Shown: positions 12,092 through 25,215, counted from the stretch's first letter. The stretch is 64,000 bases of DNA from Eledone cirrhosa (GCA_964016885.1 OZ024760.1:9486001-9550000); one strand, 5' to 3'. The notes: generated by a model not told the origin, from the letters alone. Numbers and translations are program-made.

Positions 12092-12851
12092 GTATATATA
12101 TAGGAACCAGTAAGACCCCGACAGCTGAGCTCAAGCCGTTTCGACGGCTAATTCTGGACTAGTCCAGAATTAGCCGTCGAAACGGCTTGAGCTCAGCTGT
12201 CGGGGTCTTACTGGTTCCTATTACCCACTCTACTACCTCAAGTATTGAGTACTTTGGTGCGTTATGGTCCACCTGGTTCCTTACCACATTTCCTTCGTTA
12301 TGTATATATATATATATATGTATATAAATAAATATATATATACATAAATGTATGTATGTATGTATATATATATATATATGTATATATATATACATATATA
12401 CACACACACATATATATATATACATATATATATATATACATATATACATATATATATACATATATATATACATACATACATATATATATATACATATATA
12501 TATATACATATATACATATATATATACATATATACATATATATATATATATACACATATGCACATATATATATATATATAAATGTATGTATGTATATAAA
12601 TATTTATATATATATATGTATATATATATACATAGATACACACATATATATATACATATATATACATATATACATACATACATATATATATATATACACA
12701 TATATACACATATATATATACACATATATATATATGTGTGAGTGTGTGTGTATATATATATTGTAGTACCACCAACTCAATATAAATACTCAAGGGTTTA
12801 GGGAACTCAGTCTGTACATGTTTTATATAATCAGTTCCAACAGTGGCATAT

Positions 12852-12901
12852 ACAGCTACTTAAGTTTCGTTGGGTTGTTTATCCCAACTCATTCAGTCTG
12901 T
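12852..12901 (-). ncRNA. Type I hammerhead ribozyme candidate
   Basis: ACAGA-CTGAATGA (1-nt insertion)-GTTGGG/CCCAAC helix II-GAAA-CTTAAG palindrome-TA-GCTGT. Confidence 0.65.
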
Positions 12902-13020
12902 CAATTGACTTAAGTACCTCTATATGTCACTGTTGTAATTAATTATATATATGTATATATATATATATATATCACATAAGAAATGGAGAATCAAGTGGTG
13001 CAACAAATAAAATTTATTAG

Positions 13021-13113
13021 ACATATTACAATCATTTCTCCTGCGATCAGCTCAAGGCACGGTCGATGTAATGATCGAACCTGACTCTGAAATCGCAAGA
13101 TCCTCAGATACGT
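13021..13113 (-). ncRNA. Type I hammerhead ribozyme candidate with long helix II
   Basis: ACGTAT-CTGAGGA-TCTTGCGAT...ATCGCAGGA-GAAA-TGATTG-TA-ATATGT. Confidence 0.7.
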
Positions 13114-13140
13114 TTCGATTCTATGAAGCAGAGTTTCCAA

Positions 13141-13486
13141 ATCATCATCATCATCATCATTATCATCATCGTTTAACGTCCATATTCCACGCTTGCATGG
13201 GTTTGGACGTGAGTTTTCCCACTTGAGGCAAGAGTGGTTGTCTTGCTCGCATAGGACTGTCTGGCGGGTTTTCTACAGCTGGATGCACTTCCTAACACCA
13301 ACCACGTTTACAGTGTGGACTGGGAGGTTTTTACCGTGTTACCTACACGGCCACATTACAGCGTGGACTGTCTGGCAGGTTTTCTACGGCTGGATGCCCT
13401 TCCTAACACCAACCACATTTACAGTGTGGAACTGGGAGGTTTTTACCGTGTTACCTACACGACCACATTACAGCGTGGACTGTGTG

Positions 13487-13492
<6 letters not shown>
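13141..13492 (-). mobile_element. RTE 3'UTR fragment with tandem ~112-bp module (family also 38005-38680, 41860-42215, 46680-47262, 50050-50450, 58983-59625, 59646-59950)
   Basis: Shared CCACGCTGTAATGTGGCCGTGTAGG...GGAAGGGCATCCAGC module and GAT tail; the 38005 copy retains RTE C-terminal codons. Confidence 0.85.
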
Positions 13493-13532
<40 letters not shown>

Positions 13533-13937
13533 TAAAAAAAAATATATGCACCCCTCTTCTATATTTCTACCTTGCTCATCGTCCTTTTCTTCTTTAAGTT
13601 TATCATATGGCAGTATCGATAGGGTGTCGGACGCCATGCTTTAATTATTTAACCCATTACCATTCACATTACTCTATATATACTATTATATTTTCATACT
13701 ATTATATTTTCATGCCATTCTCAGTTCAAATCCCGCCGAGGTTAACTTTGCCTTTCATTCTTACGGAGTCGATAAAATAAAGTACCAGTAATGTACTGAG
13801 GTAATTTCTGGCCTTGTGCCAGAAGGAGAAACAATATTATTTGTGGTATAAAAACGTTGAGAGTTGGTGAAATAAATCACTGTCAATACTGGAATCGAAT
13901 AATCAAAACCGTGGCGGTATGTCACATATCAAATTTT

Positions 13938-14003
13938 ATATTTTGTCTGATGAAAACGTACTTAAACACCATTGTACCTTTGAAATATGTATAATAAAAT
14001 ATA
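13938..14003 (+). ncRNA. Type I hammerhead ribozyme candidate
   Basis: ATATTTTGT-CTGATGA-AAACGTAC...GTACCTTT-GAAA-TATGTA-TA-ATAAAATAT. Confidence 0.7.
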
Positions 14004-14143
14004 TATTTTGATGATGAGAATATTTTTCATTTATTAATATTTTGATTAATATTAAATACTCCAGGAAAATCATTTGTCGAGTGCTTCTAATCTATTGTAA
14101 AATTGTATTTATTGAATAATCAATGAACCATATTAATCTTTGG

Positions 14144-14180
<37 letters not shown>

Positions 14181-14216
14181 TTATAAGAATCAAAGAACTG
14201 TTCAAAACATTTTTAT

Positions 14217-14261
14217 GCTTACAACTGTTTCCTCCAAACCGAGGTTTGGATTCTTCGGAGC
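14217..14261 (-). ncRNA. Hammerhead motif with a core mutation (CCGAAGA), family D
   Basis: GCT-CCGAAGA-A-TCCAAACC/GGTTTGGA-G-GAAA-CAGTTG-TA-AGC; homologous to 43007-43051. Confidence 0.6.
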
Positions 14262-14447
14262 AATTTATTATTGAATGAACACTTATATGACCTCCTTTTC
14301 ACCCAAGAGACATACAGATACATATGCAAATATTGTGGGTCAACATTCATTACAGCATTTAGTGTGGCACTATTTAGGGTTTATAAAAATATATATAACT
14401 ACAAAAGGTTTTTGTATTTGCATAACCATAAATAGTATAATTAATAC

Positions 14448-14556
<109 letters not shown>

Positions 14557-14914
14557 GATGATGATGGCAGTGAAGAGGTGGTTGTGTTTGTATGCTTGAG
14601 GCTGTGCAGGATAGTGGAGGGGGGGGATGTTACTGTTGCTGTTGTTTGTATGTTGATATATATGAAGATGATGATGATGATGATGGAAGAGTGTGAAGGG
14701 AGGAAGGCAAGGAGGAGGAAGAGAGGGTGGGGTGTCAGTGGTGGGGTGTCAGTGGTGGGGTGTCAGGGGTGGGGTGTCACTGGTGGGGTGTCACTTTTGA
14801 AGGAAGTATCGGCACTCAACAGTCATTTAATGACCAATATTAAATACATATAGTTCTTCATTGACTTCATACTCAAGTATATATATATATATACACACAT
14901 ATATATATATACAC

Positions 14915-14956
<42 letters not shown>

Positions 14957-15139
14957 GCATACATACACACATACATACATACATACATATATATATATAT
15001 ATGTATGTACATACGTAAATGCAAACCTTCATACGTTCATATGTACATAAATATATACATGCATACACATATGTACGTATTTATATATATATATATAAAC
15101 ACACATATATATATATACACACACACACATATATATATA

Positions 15140-15482
15140 TCATCATCATCATTTCATTTTACGTCCGCTTTTTCCCTGCTTGCAAGGGTGGGACGGGAAC
15201 CGATTCTGGCTTGATTTCTACAGCTGGATGCCCTCCCTAACACCAACCTCATTTACAGTGAGTACTGGGTGCTTTTCTGCTGTGGCACCTCCACGACCAC
15301 TTTGCAGTGGAATGATAGGGACCCCAGTCCCTATCATCTCATTTCTACAGCTGACTAAACTGGAGCAATGTGAAATAAAGTGTCTTGCTCAAGGAAACAA
15401 CACATCTCCCGGTCTGAGAATTGAACTCACAACCTTTCGATTGCAAGCCCAGTGCTCTAACCACTAAGCCATGTGCCTCCAT
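15140..15482 (-). mobile_element. tRNA-headed SINE with RTE-derived 3' tail (also 32700-33036-, 37150-37490-, 49065-49405-, 62712-63205+)
   Basis: A box TGGCTTAGTGG, B box GAGTTCAATTC, CCTTGAGCAAGACACTT core, 3' end shared with RTE fragments, GAT tail. Confidence 0.88.
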
Positions 15483-15604
15483 ATATGTGTGTGTATATAT
15501 GACTATGTATATATATGTATATATATATATATATGTGTATGTATATATGTGTATATATATATGTATATATATTTATATGTGTGTATATATATATTTATAT
15601 ATAT

Positions 15605-15801
15605 ACGTAGGTCCCGGGTTGAGTCGGGGATAACCACAGTAAGTAAGGTACTCAATACATGGCAGAGTAAAATTTTTTTATTTTATAGAAGGAGCTTCTA
15701 CAGGACTAGTACTGTTTCATTCAGATGAAATCTTCAGAGCTTCCTGAAGATTTCATCTGAATGAAACAGTACTAGTCCTGTAGAAGCTCCTTCTATAAAA
15801 T

Positions 15802-15806
<5 letters not shown>
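15605..15806. mobile_element. Fold-back element family B with two divergent hammerhead cores (second copy 51018-51206; fragment 17734-17810)
   Basis: Plus strand GAGCTTC-CTGAAGA (15744)-TTTCATCTGAAT-GAAA-CAGTACTA-GTC-CTGTA-GAAGCTC, mirrored on the minus strand. Confidence 0.75.
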
Positions 15807-15853
<47 letters not shown>

Positions 15854-16144
15854 ATATATATATGTATATATATATGTGTGTATAGATATATGTGTGTATA
15901 TATATATATATGTGTATATATATGTATATATATGTGTATGTGTGTACATATAGGAGTGTATGTTACGACAAAACTCATTAACACTTATCTGAGAATGAAA
16001 TACACTTCACCAAAAATAGACAAATTTCAAGTTTGAATTTGTTTATAAAATACTTTAACCAATCAATGCAGAGACAAGCACCCCCTCCTCCTTCTCTCTC
16101 ACACAATCTCACTCTCATACACTCTCTCCTTCACTCTTGTATAT

Positions 16145-16790
16145 ATATCTATAATGTATATATAATGTATATATAATGTATATATAATGTATATATAATG
16201 TATATATAATGTATATATAATGTATATATAATGTATATATGTATATATAATGTATATATAATGTATATATAATGTATATATAATGTATATATAATGTATA
16301 TATAATGTATATATAATGTATATATAATGTATGTATAATGTATATATAATGTATATATAATGTATATATATAATGTATATATATATATATATAATGTATA
16401 TATGTATATATAATGTATATATGTATATATAATGTATATATAATGTATATATATATGTATATATAATGTATATATGTATATATAATGTATATATAATGTA
16501 TATATAATGTATATATATAATGTATATATATAATGTATATATAATGTATATATAATGTATATATAATGTATATATAATGTATGTATAATGTATGTATAAT
16601 GTATGTATAATGTATGTATAATGTATGTATAATGTATATATATATATATATAATGTATATATAATGTATATATAATGTATATATAATGTATATATAATGT
16701 ATATATATATAATGTATATATAATGTATATGTAATGTATATATAATGTATATATAATGTATATATAATGTATATATAATGTATATATAAT
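16145..16790. repeat. (TATATAATG)n 9-bp satellite
   Basis: Direct inspection. Confidence 0.95.
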
Positions 16791-17195
16791 TAAAAGCCGA
16801 CCTTACCCAATTACACCTCTCAAAGGCGATGACACACGACCGTGACCTCTGGCGTCACGCAGTAATACAGAGTACCCGACCTCCCATGGGTACAAGCTGA
16901 AGCATATAGACAATATGCCCCTACACCCCCCACCGCAAGGTGGTCGTGGAGGTGCCACGGGAAAAAAGCACCCCTCACGGTAAAGTGGACGTGTAGGCGC
17001 CACGAAAAAAAAGCACCCAGCACTCACTGTAAATGAGGTTGGTGTTAGGAAGGGCATCCAGCTGTAGAAATCAAGCCAGAATCAGTTCCTGTATGAGCAA
17101 GGCATGGTCAGCCGACCAGACACTGCCCACAACAGGACAACCCGTCTAACCCATGCTAGCGTGGAAGAACGGACGTAAAACGATGATGATGATGT
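16791..17195 (+). mobile_element. RTE 3' fragment, same subfamily as 36-620 (also 23310-23585)
   Basis: Near-identical to 211-620. Confidence 0.88.
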
Positions 17196-17270
17196 TGTTA
17201 ATATGATATCCCTGAAATATATATAACGAAATAAATATGGTTTTATAAATATAGTTTCCATTTATTTAAT

Positions 17271-17311
<41 letters not shown>

Positions 17312-17411
17312 TTACCTTTTACATACACACATACACACACACACACATATATATATATACACAGTGTGTGTGTGTGAGTGTATATATATGTGTGTATATA
17401 TATATATATAT

Positions 17412-17536
17412 ATAAGCTCCCTCATCTATATAGGGAGCTTATATGTGTGTGTGTATATATATATGTATATGTATATTATTATTGTTGTTGTTGTCGTTAT
17501 TATTATTGGTGTTATTATTATTATTATTGTTATTAA

Positions 17537-17567
<31 letters not shown>

Positions 17568-17693
17568 GTGTGTATATAGGTATATGTATGTGTATATTTT
17601 TCTTTTTTTAATTTAATTTTCTTTTTTATTTATTTATTAATATTTTTTTTTCTTTCTTCTCGTGCAATGGCCATACTCGATAACGAGGGGGCA

Positions 17694-17700
<7 letters not shown>
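17412..17700 (+). mobile_element. 3'UTR-only copy of the zinc-finger RTE LINE
   Basis: Colinear with the reverse complement of 3812-4240, including internal microsatellites and terminus. Confidence 0.8.
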
Positions 17701-17735
<35 letters not shown>

Positions 17736-17817
17736 GTTATTCCGGGTTGAATCGGAGGTAACCACAGTAAGTAAGGTACTCAATACATAGCAGAGTATAA
17801 CAGTTTTAATATATTAA

Positions 17818-17877
<60 letters not shown>

Positions 17878-17908
17878 GTATGTATATATATATATGTATA
17901 TATATATG

Positions 17909-17940
<32 letters not shown>

Positions 17941-18069
17941 CATATATATATATGTATATATATATATATACATATATATATATGTATATATATATATATA
18001 CATATATAAACACAGACATATTTATGTGAATGTATGTATTATATATACATACATACATACATATATATA

Positions 18070-18778
18070 CAGACATAATCACAATCACACACAGACACAA
18101 TCACACACAGACATAATCACACACAGACACAATCACAATCACACACAAACACAATCACACACAGACATAATCACACACAGACACAATCACACACAGACAC
18201 AATCACAATCAGACATAATCACACACAGACATAATCACAATCACGCACATACATAATCACACACAGACATAATCACAATCACACACAGACACAATCACAC
18301 ACAGACACAATCACACACAGACATAATCACAATCACACACAAACACAATCACACACAGACACAATCACACACAGACATCATCACAATCACACACAGACAC
18401 AATCACACACAGACACAATCACACACAGACACAATCACACACAGACACAATCACACACAGACATAATCACAATCACACACAGACACAATCACACACAGAC
18501 ACAATCACACACAGACATAATCACACACAGACACAATCACACACAGACATAATTACAATCACACACAGACACAATCACACACAGACACAATCACATACAG
18601 ACACAATCACATACAGACACAATCACACACAGACACAATCACACACAGACACAATCACACACAGACACAATCACACACAGACATAATCACAATCACACAC
18701 AAACACAATCACACAGACACAATCACACACAGACATAATCACAATCACACACAGACACAATCACACACAGACATAATC
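18070..18778. repeat. CACACAGACACAATCA-type 16/22-bp minisatellite
   Basis: Direct inspection. Confidence 0.9.
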
Positions 18779-19384
18779 CTTTCCGCTTGTTTAGCCTGTT
18801 TATTCATAACAGTGAGTCAGTTCTCATTTAGGATTATGGTTTTGTTAAATGGCTCAGAAGAACATATCTTGTTAGAAAGATTGTCATTTTTGGCATGGTT
18901 TCTATGCTTGGATGTCCTCCATTCTTACAGAATGTACTGGCTGTATTTTATCACTAAATGGTATTATTGGCAGTAACGGTAGAGTGCTGGACAACATGCT
19001 TCGTGGCATAGAGTTATGTTCTGAGTTCAAATCCCGTCAAAACGTTAGCTTTGCCTTTCATCCTTACGGGGGGAGGGGGGTGGGTGTCAATAAAATAAAA
19101 TACCAGTAATTACTTGGGTCGATTTAATTGACTTTCCTCTCCACCCCCCCCCCCTTCAAATTGCTGGCCCTGTGCCTCAAGTAGAAACAATTATTAACCG
19201 AATGGTGACCTGATATTGTTGCTTGAGAAACCTGCTCTCTTGTGGATGTCAGCTGCCACCACAAGAGCGAGAATGAGGGGCTCATTCTACTGACATGGCT
19301 TTAAAAATGAAGCTATTTGCATAATTGCAAACAAATCGAATGTTATTGTTAATATTCGAAAAACTCAGATTACATTTATTGTAT

Positions 19385-19389
19385 TCAGC
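19385..19389 (-). CDS. Possible terminal coding exon (G-stop) followed by 3'UTR
   Basis: tctctctacag| acceptor; joined to the phase-1 donor at 20882 it reads GGC TGA. Confidence 0.35.
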
Positions 19390-20189
19390 CTGTAGAGAGA
19401 TATATTTTTTAATTTTTAAAATTTATTTATATATATATATATAGTGCTGGTGGCACAAATAAAAGCACCCAGTCCATGCTGTAAAGTGGCACTGGTGTTA
19501 GGAAGGGCATCCAACCAGTGTATCAATGCCAAAACGCTTATCAGCACAGCAACAATATATATATATATATTTATGAAAATAACAGATTTTAGTCTTCAAA
19601 TTTATTATTATTATATATATATCAATGGCCATCCAAAATATCCGGGAGAGATGACCCCTTAGCCTTTGTCAAGGCAGAATTCTAGGAGAAGGAAAACTCT
19701 GATATAACACCTGCAACCCTGATAGTATCCAATGATGTTGACTTGTTCTTCTTTTTGGTAAATATCATCTTGGTTAAGAGAGTGGGACTGGCTTTGTGCA
19801 GTGCCTTTGCTCACTATAAAAGCTTCACAGCACAGGCATTGCTTTATGTCTGGAGATCTCTCTGCACTTGTCGTCACCTGGTACCATGGGCCCAGCACTA
19901 TGTGTCAATAATTGTCACAAGTGTAATGTTTGTACCAGAGTTTTCAAGTCGCTGGCTGGACTAAAAAGTCACACTCGTTCAGCGCATTGGTAGGGGTTCT
20001 CCTACATGGATATAAAGTAGTGGCCATACTCGAAAACGAGTTGGCAGCCACCATATATATATATATATCCATATATACAGACATACATACATGCACACCC
20101 ATACATATACACATTCATACATACACATTCATACATAAGTTCATATATACATAATGTACATATGTAATATACATATAGACATACATATA

Positions 20190-20650
20190 TTGAGATTGTT
20201 GGCGCTAGGGAATACTGGCAGAACCTAAAAATAAAAACACCCACCAAATTAAAGCACAACTGGCCTTACGTTGTTGTTTGGGACCCCACATTATAAACAT
20301 GCACTGTTGTAGAAGAAAATGAGGATATCTGTGAACCATTGATGAGGAGTTTACAGATCCAGTATCCAAGATACACCTTCAGCTTTTTACCCGTTATTAT
20401 TGGAGCTACAGCTTATATACCAACCTCCCTGGACCAAAGTATGACTGTGGAGAAAGAACGCAGCTCATTAATTCATAAACTACAAATGGCTGCAATATCT
20501 GGAACCTTCAAAATCTCTAAAACATTCTTACGATTAAAAGAATGAATGTTTACACAAGAGACAGCAACAACTTTTATTTTCTTTACAACCTTGCCTCCAG
20601 GCAGGTGGCCAGTCGAAAATAAACTTGAAATTAAAAGAGACAATAATACA
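20190..20650 (+). pseudogene. Degenerate R4/Dong-like restriction-like endonuclease C-terminus
   Basis: EYWQNLKIKTPTKLKHNWPYVVVWD (resembling HNRPD) ... FLPVIIGA ... KLQMAAISGT. Confidence 0.55.
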
Positions 20651-20665
20651 TAGATACATGCATAC

Positions 20666-20845
20666 ATACAAGGATTGGCTGCAAACTTCATAGATTGATT
20701 ATGAAGGAGTGATGCTAGAACTGTGAAACCTTAATTTCAATTTTTCTTATTAATAACTACATTGTTTCTCTCCAGGGACAATGTTGAAAAATAAACCCCA
20801 CGAGGGTATCTTGGTCAGCCTATGAACTTTTCAGTTGACATACAT
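20666..20845. mobile_element. Degenerate mariner-like MITE
   Basis: Imperfect inverted termini CTGCAAACTTCATAG / CTATGAACTTTTCAG with TA flanks. Confidence 0.4.
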
Positions 20846-20881
20846 AGAGAGATGGTTGTGTGTGTAGTTAAAGGTAAATAC

Positions 20882-21018
20882 CTGAAAATGTGTTGTTGAG
20901 GCGTCCTTGAGGATAGTGAGAATTAGTTAGTGACAAAGACATCTTGTTGGGTCTGCTCAAGTATGGCACTTCACTAGATGGGTCCCACGATGTTACGGAC
21001 GGATGTTTACCTTCAGTT
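20882..21018 (-). CDS. Host-gene exon (TEGKHPSVTSWDPSSEVPYLSRPNKMSLSLTNSHYPQGRLNNTFS), phase 2-1
   Basis: cttttcttccctctctctgcag| acceptor, CAG|gtattt donor, open frame continuing exon 30498-30611. Confidence 0.7.
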
Positions 21019-21041
21019 CTGCAGAGAGAGGGAAGAAAAGT

Positions 21042-21078
<37 letters not shown>

Positions 21079-21560
21079 TATTTATCGGTACTTGTTGACT
21101 AGTTAAAACAGAACATGGAAAGACATGAGGGGATTTATGTATGTATGCATATATGTATGTATGTTTATATGTATGGATGTATGTATGTATGTACCGCACG
21201 GTTAAACCACTGGGAGTGAAGGACCCCTAGCCTTTGTCAGGGCATTCTTCTAGGAGAAAGCAACTCAGGAAACTGGGATAACTCCGATATAAAACCTGCG
21301 GCTCAGTAGTTACCGATGATGTTGATCTTTTCTTCTTTTCAGGTTATAGCTACTGTCGCTCAGAGAGTGGGATTGGCTCAGTGCACAGTCTTTCCTCACT
21401 TTAAAACATATCTTCACGCACAGGCATTGCACGATAGAATTAATTAATAATTATTAATAATGGTATATTGTACAATGGCCATACTCGATAATGAGGGGGC
21501 AGCCATCATATATGTATGTACGTATGTTTATATGTATGTATGTATGTATGTATGTTTATA

Positions 21561-22168
21561 TGTCAGGTCACCAGTTGGTGCTACTGGTAACATGTATCCC
21601 AGTACAACCTGTCTCATGGTCGGGACGTTGGCGACTAAACTGGCAACCCCACCAAGGTTTCTTGGTGAGGAGGGTGACTTTGGACATCCTGCAGGACTAA
21701 AAACAAAACCTGTCAAAGGGCAAAGGAGCTCTTAAGAGTCAATGGCCATCCAAAATCACCGGGAGAGATAACCCCTTAGTCTTTGTCAAGGCAGAATTCT
21801 AGGAGAAGGAAAACTCTGATATAACACCTGCAACCCTGATGGTATCCAATGATGTTGACTTGTTCTTCTTTTTGGTAAATATCATCTTGGTTAAGAGAGT
21901 GGGACTGGCTTTGTGCAGTGCCTTTGCTCACTATAAAAGCTTCACGGCACAGGCATTGCTTTATATCTGGAGATCTCTCTGCACTTGTCCTCACATGGTA
22001 CCATGGGCCCAGCACTGTGTCAATAATTGTCACAAGTGTAGTGTTTGTACCAGAGTTTTCAATACGCTGGCTGGACTAAAAAGTCACACTCGTTCAGCGC
22101 ATCGGTAGGAGTTCTCCTACATGGATATAAAGTAGTGGCCATACTCGAAAACGAGTTGGCAGCCACCA
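21561..22168 (+). mobile_element. ~600-bp non-autonomous RTE derivative (also 47534-48140+, 19622-20052+, 25668-26082-)
   Basis: Four highly similar copies ending in a C2H2 remnant (CSVCTRVFNTLAGLKSHTRSAH) and the GGCCATACTCGA.AACGAG..GGCAGCCA terminus. Confidence 0.85.
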
Positions 22169-22194
22169 TGTTTATATGTATGTATGTATATGTG

Positions 22195-22970
22195 GTGCAG
22201 GCGAGGAATCACAATGAAGACCAAGGCGGGAGTGTATGCTGCATGTTTACTGTCAGCTTTGCTGTATGCCTGTGAGACATGGGTTGCCTACAAACTGCAT
22301 ATCCACAGACTGGAATAGTTTCACCAGCAGTGTCTCAGAAAGATGCTCAGTATCAAGTGGCAGATGCATGTGAGTGGTGTTGAGGTCCTTGAGAGAAGTG
22401 AGTGTCGGAGCATTGAGAGTATCATCCACCAACGGCGTTTGCTATGGACCGGACACCTCTGCAGAATGGAGGATGATTGAATCCTGAAACAACTCTTGTA
22501 TGGCGAGCTTTGTGAGGGTAAGGGGCCACCTCACAAGCCAGGGCTCCAATTCAAGGATGGTGTAAAGGACTCATTGAAAAAAACTGGTTTGATGATGGTT
22601 GACTGGGAGATAGAAGCTCTTGAAAGAGAAACTTGGCGTGGAATGGTGAATGATGGGGTCCATAATTTTGAGGACAGACGCATAGAGCACGAGAAGATCA
22701 AACGGAATGTGCGTAAGCAATGCCCTGGTGTATCTCTCGAAACAATCGGTGTCTCCATTGAATTGAAGTGCCCTGAGTGAGGAAAAGATTTGCTTGAGCA
22801 AATCTGGTCTCAGGAGCCACAGTCGCAGCCATGTTCAAAGAGAACCAGTGAACTATGATCTGCATGGTATTGTGAAGGTTCACAAGTAACTTGATGCAAG
22901 ACCCGAGGTCAGAAAAATCCATAGTTGTTGCAGGCTTGAAAAGCCATATCCGAGCATCACACATCTGAAT
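22195..22970 (+). pseudogene. Decayed 3' part of a zinc-finger RTE LINE ORF
   Basis: LLYACETWV...WTGHLCRMED...QLLYGEL...PPHKP, homologous to the 4288-7260 protein, with stops and frameshifts. Confidence 0.85.
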
Positions 22971-23093
22971 CTGACAAGTGATTGCAATACTCTTGGCAGA
23001 GTTTGTGGAATGATCCAATATTCTGAAAGAGGTTACAATGAAAGGAACAACATGAATGATTAATGTGAAATATTTATATATTTAGATATTAAC

Positions 23094-23173
23094 TGTGCAC
23101 TGATGAAAATGGCCTAACTATGTGCAGCTTGCAGGTGCCACCACGCCAGTGCTTTGAAACCTATGGTAGCACA
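23094..23173 (+). ncRNA. Type I hammerhead candidate (bulged helix I)
   Basis: TGTGCA-CTGATGA-AAATGGC...GCCAGTGCTTT-GAAA-CCTATGG-TA-GCACA. Confidence 0.55.
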
Positions 23174-23275
23174 ATACATGTTACATGTATGAATCATAAT
23201 AAATTATCTCTCTTTCAGTAGATAGAGTGCTCTTTTCCTTTATCCTTCCCATGGACATTTCTATTACATATACAT

Positions 23276-23307
<32 letters not shown>

Positions 23308-23741
23308 TGCAAAGTGGTCAGGGAGGTGCCATGGCAAAAAAGCACTCAGTCCACACTGTAAAATGGACGTGCAGGCGCCATGGAAAAAAGGCACCCAGCA
23401 CTCACTGTAAATGAGGTTGGTGTTAGGAAGGGCATCCAGCTGTAGAGATCATGCCAGCATCAGTTCCAGTATGAGCAAGGCATGGTCAGCCGACTGAACA
23501 CTGGCCACAACGCGACAACCCGTCTAACCCATGCTAGCGTGGAAGAACGGACGTAAAACGGTAATGATGATGATGATGATGATGATATATATATATATAT
23601 ATATATAAATATATATATATACACATACATATAAAACATATAATAAATTATAATGTACAAACAGAATCATTTAACATTCTCAATGAATAAAACAACAGAC
23701 AACAGATAAAAATTATTATAATGATAATAATAATAATAATA

Positions 23742-24185
23742 ATCATATCCGAGTGTAAACACCTAGCCCAGACTCACCATAAAGGCTGGAGATATGATGT
23801 GATGGGCAGGGTGATCCACTGGCATTTATGCAAAGTAAACAATTTACCACATTCTGAGAAGTGGTATGAGCATAAGCCAGAGTCGGTGATAGAAAACGAT
23901 CAAGTGAAGGTGCTATGGGATTTTAGGATACAGACAGACAAGAAATTAGAACACAATAGGCCTGACCTGGTGGTTTTGGACAAGGAAAAAAGATCGTGCC
24001 TGATTGTAGATGTAGCCTGCCTCTTTGACACAAGAGTGCAAGAAAAGGAGAAGGAGAAAATTAACCGGTACCAGGACTTAAAGTGGTAGGGAGGTAAAAA
24101 GGATTTGGAACTGCCATGAGATTAATGTCGCCCCGATTGTCATAGGAGCACTAGGTACTATCTCAAAGAGTTTTCAAGGATGGTT
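23742..24185 (+). mobile_element. R4/Dong-clade non-LTR retrotransposon fragment (restriction-like endonuclease)
   Basis: IISECKHLA...IHWHLC...KWYEHKP...LWDFRIQTD...HNRPDLVV...DVA...EKINRY; abuts (TAA)n. Confidence 0.85.
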
Positions 24186-24207
24186 TGTGTGTGTATATGT
24201 GTGGATG

Positions 24208-24645
24208 TGTCCCACATGATACTGGACTTACTGGTCAAATGGTCCCACATGATACTGGGCTTACTTGTCAAATGCTCCCACATGATACTGGACTTACTGG
24301 TCAAATAGTCCCACATGATACTGGAGGTACTGGTCAAATGGTCCCACATGATACTGGACTTACTGGTCAAATAGTCTCACATGATACTGGAGTTACTGGT
24401 CAAATAGTTTCACATGATACTGGAGTTACTGGTCAAATGGTCCTATATGATACTGGACTTACTGGTCAAATGGTCCTACATGATACTGGAGTTACTGGTC
24501 AAATAGTCCCACATGATACTGGAATTACTGGGCAAATAGTCCCACATAATACTGGAATTACTGGGCAAATAGTTTCACATGATACTGGAATTACTGGTCA
24601 AATAGTTTCACATAACACTGGACATACTGGTCAAATGGGTCCATG
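24208..24645. repeat. 33-bp minisatellite, ~13 copies
   Basis: Unit GTCCCACATGATACTGGACTTACTGGTCAAATG. Confidence 0.93.
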
Positions 24646-25182
24646 TTAAAATCCTGCTCCTGGTGTAATTCTTTGTTTATGGCTAATACATTTCTCTCAG
24701 TCTAATTGGCTGTAAGTACTATATCTTAGTTGTAGCTAATGACTGCAGACCTGTCAACTCTCCCCGTCTCCCAGATCCCTCATCCACTTTGGGGTGGGTG
24801 ACAGATGTCTTCTCTTGTGAAAAAGGCTATAGCTTTCATTATGTAAAATCTCCCCATTTTTCATCATTTCTCCCTGTTTTGGTGTACTTTCCTTCATGGT
24901 ACTCCACATTTGGATTTTTTAGAAGTTGGAAGCTCTTACGATTGTAAGTAGTAGGAACACTGTGAAATGAATGAGTAGCTTATTAATCAGACATGATGAG
25001 TTCAAGACTTCGTATAGACTGGAATAAAGCAATGAAAAATCTCTCTTGTATTTATTTATCTTGAAGCTAATAATTCTAGATATTGTCACTCAACTATACC
25101 ATCATGGGCAATGTGCCACCTGGTGGATGGTTGCTCATTTTCTTATAGAACAGGACAGGATTATCTCCCCTTTCTCTTACAC

Positions 25183-25215
<33 letters not shown>

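Noticed and set aside
11847-12793. Many YI/CV/HT-rich ORFs here and throughout the window
   Set aside because: Translations of dinucleotide microsatellites.
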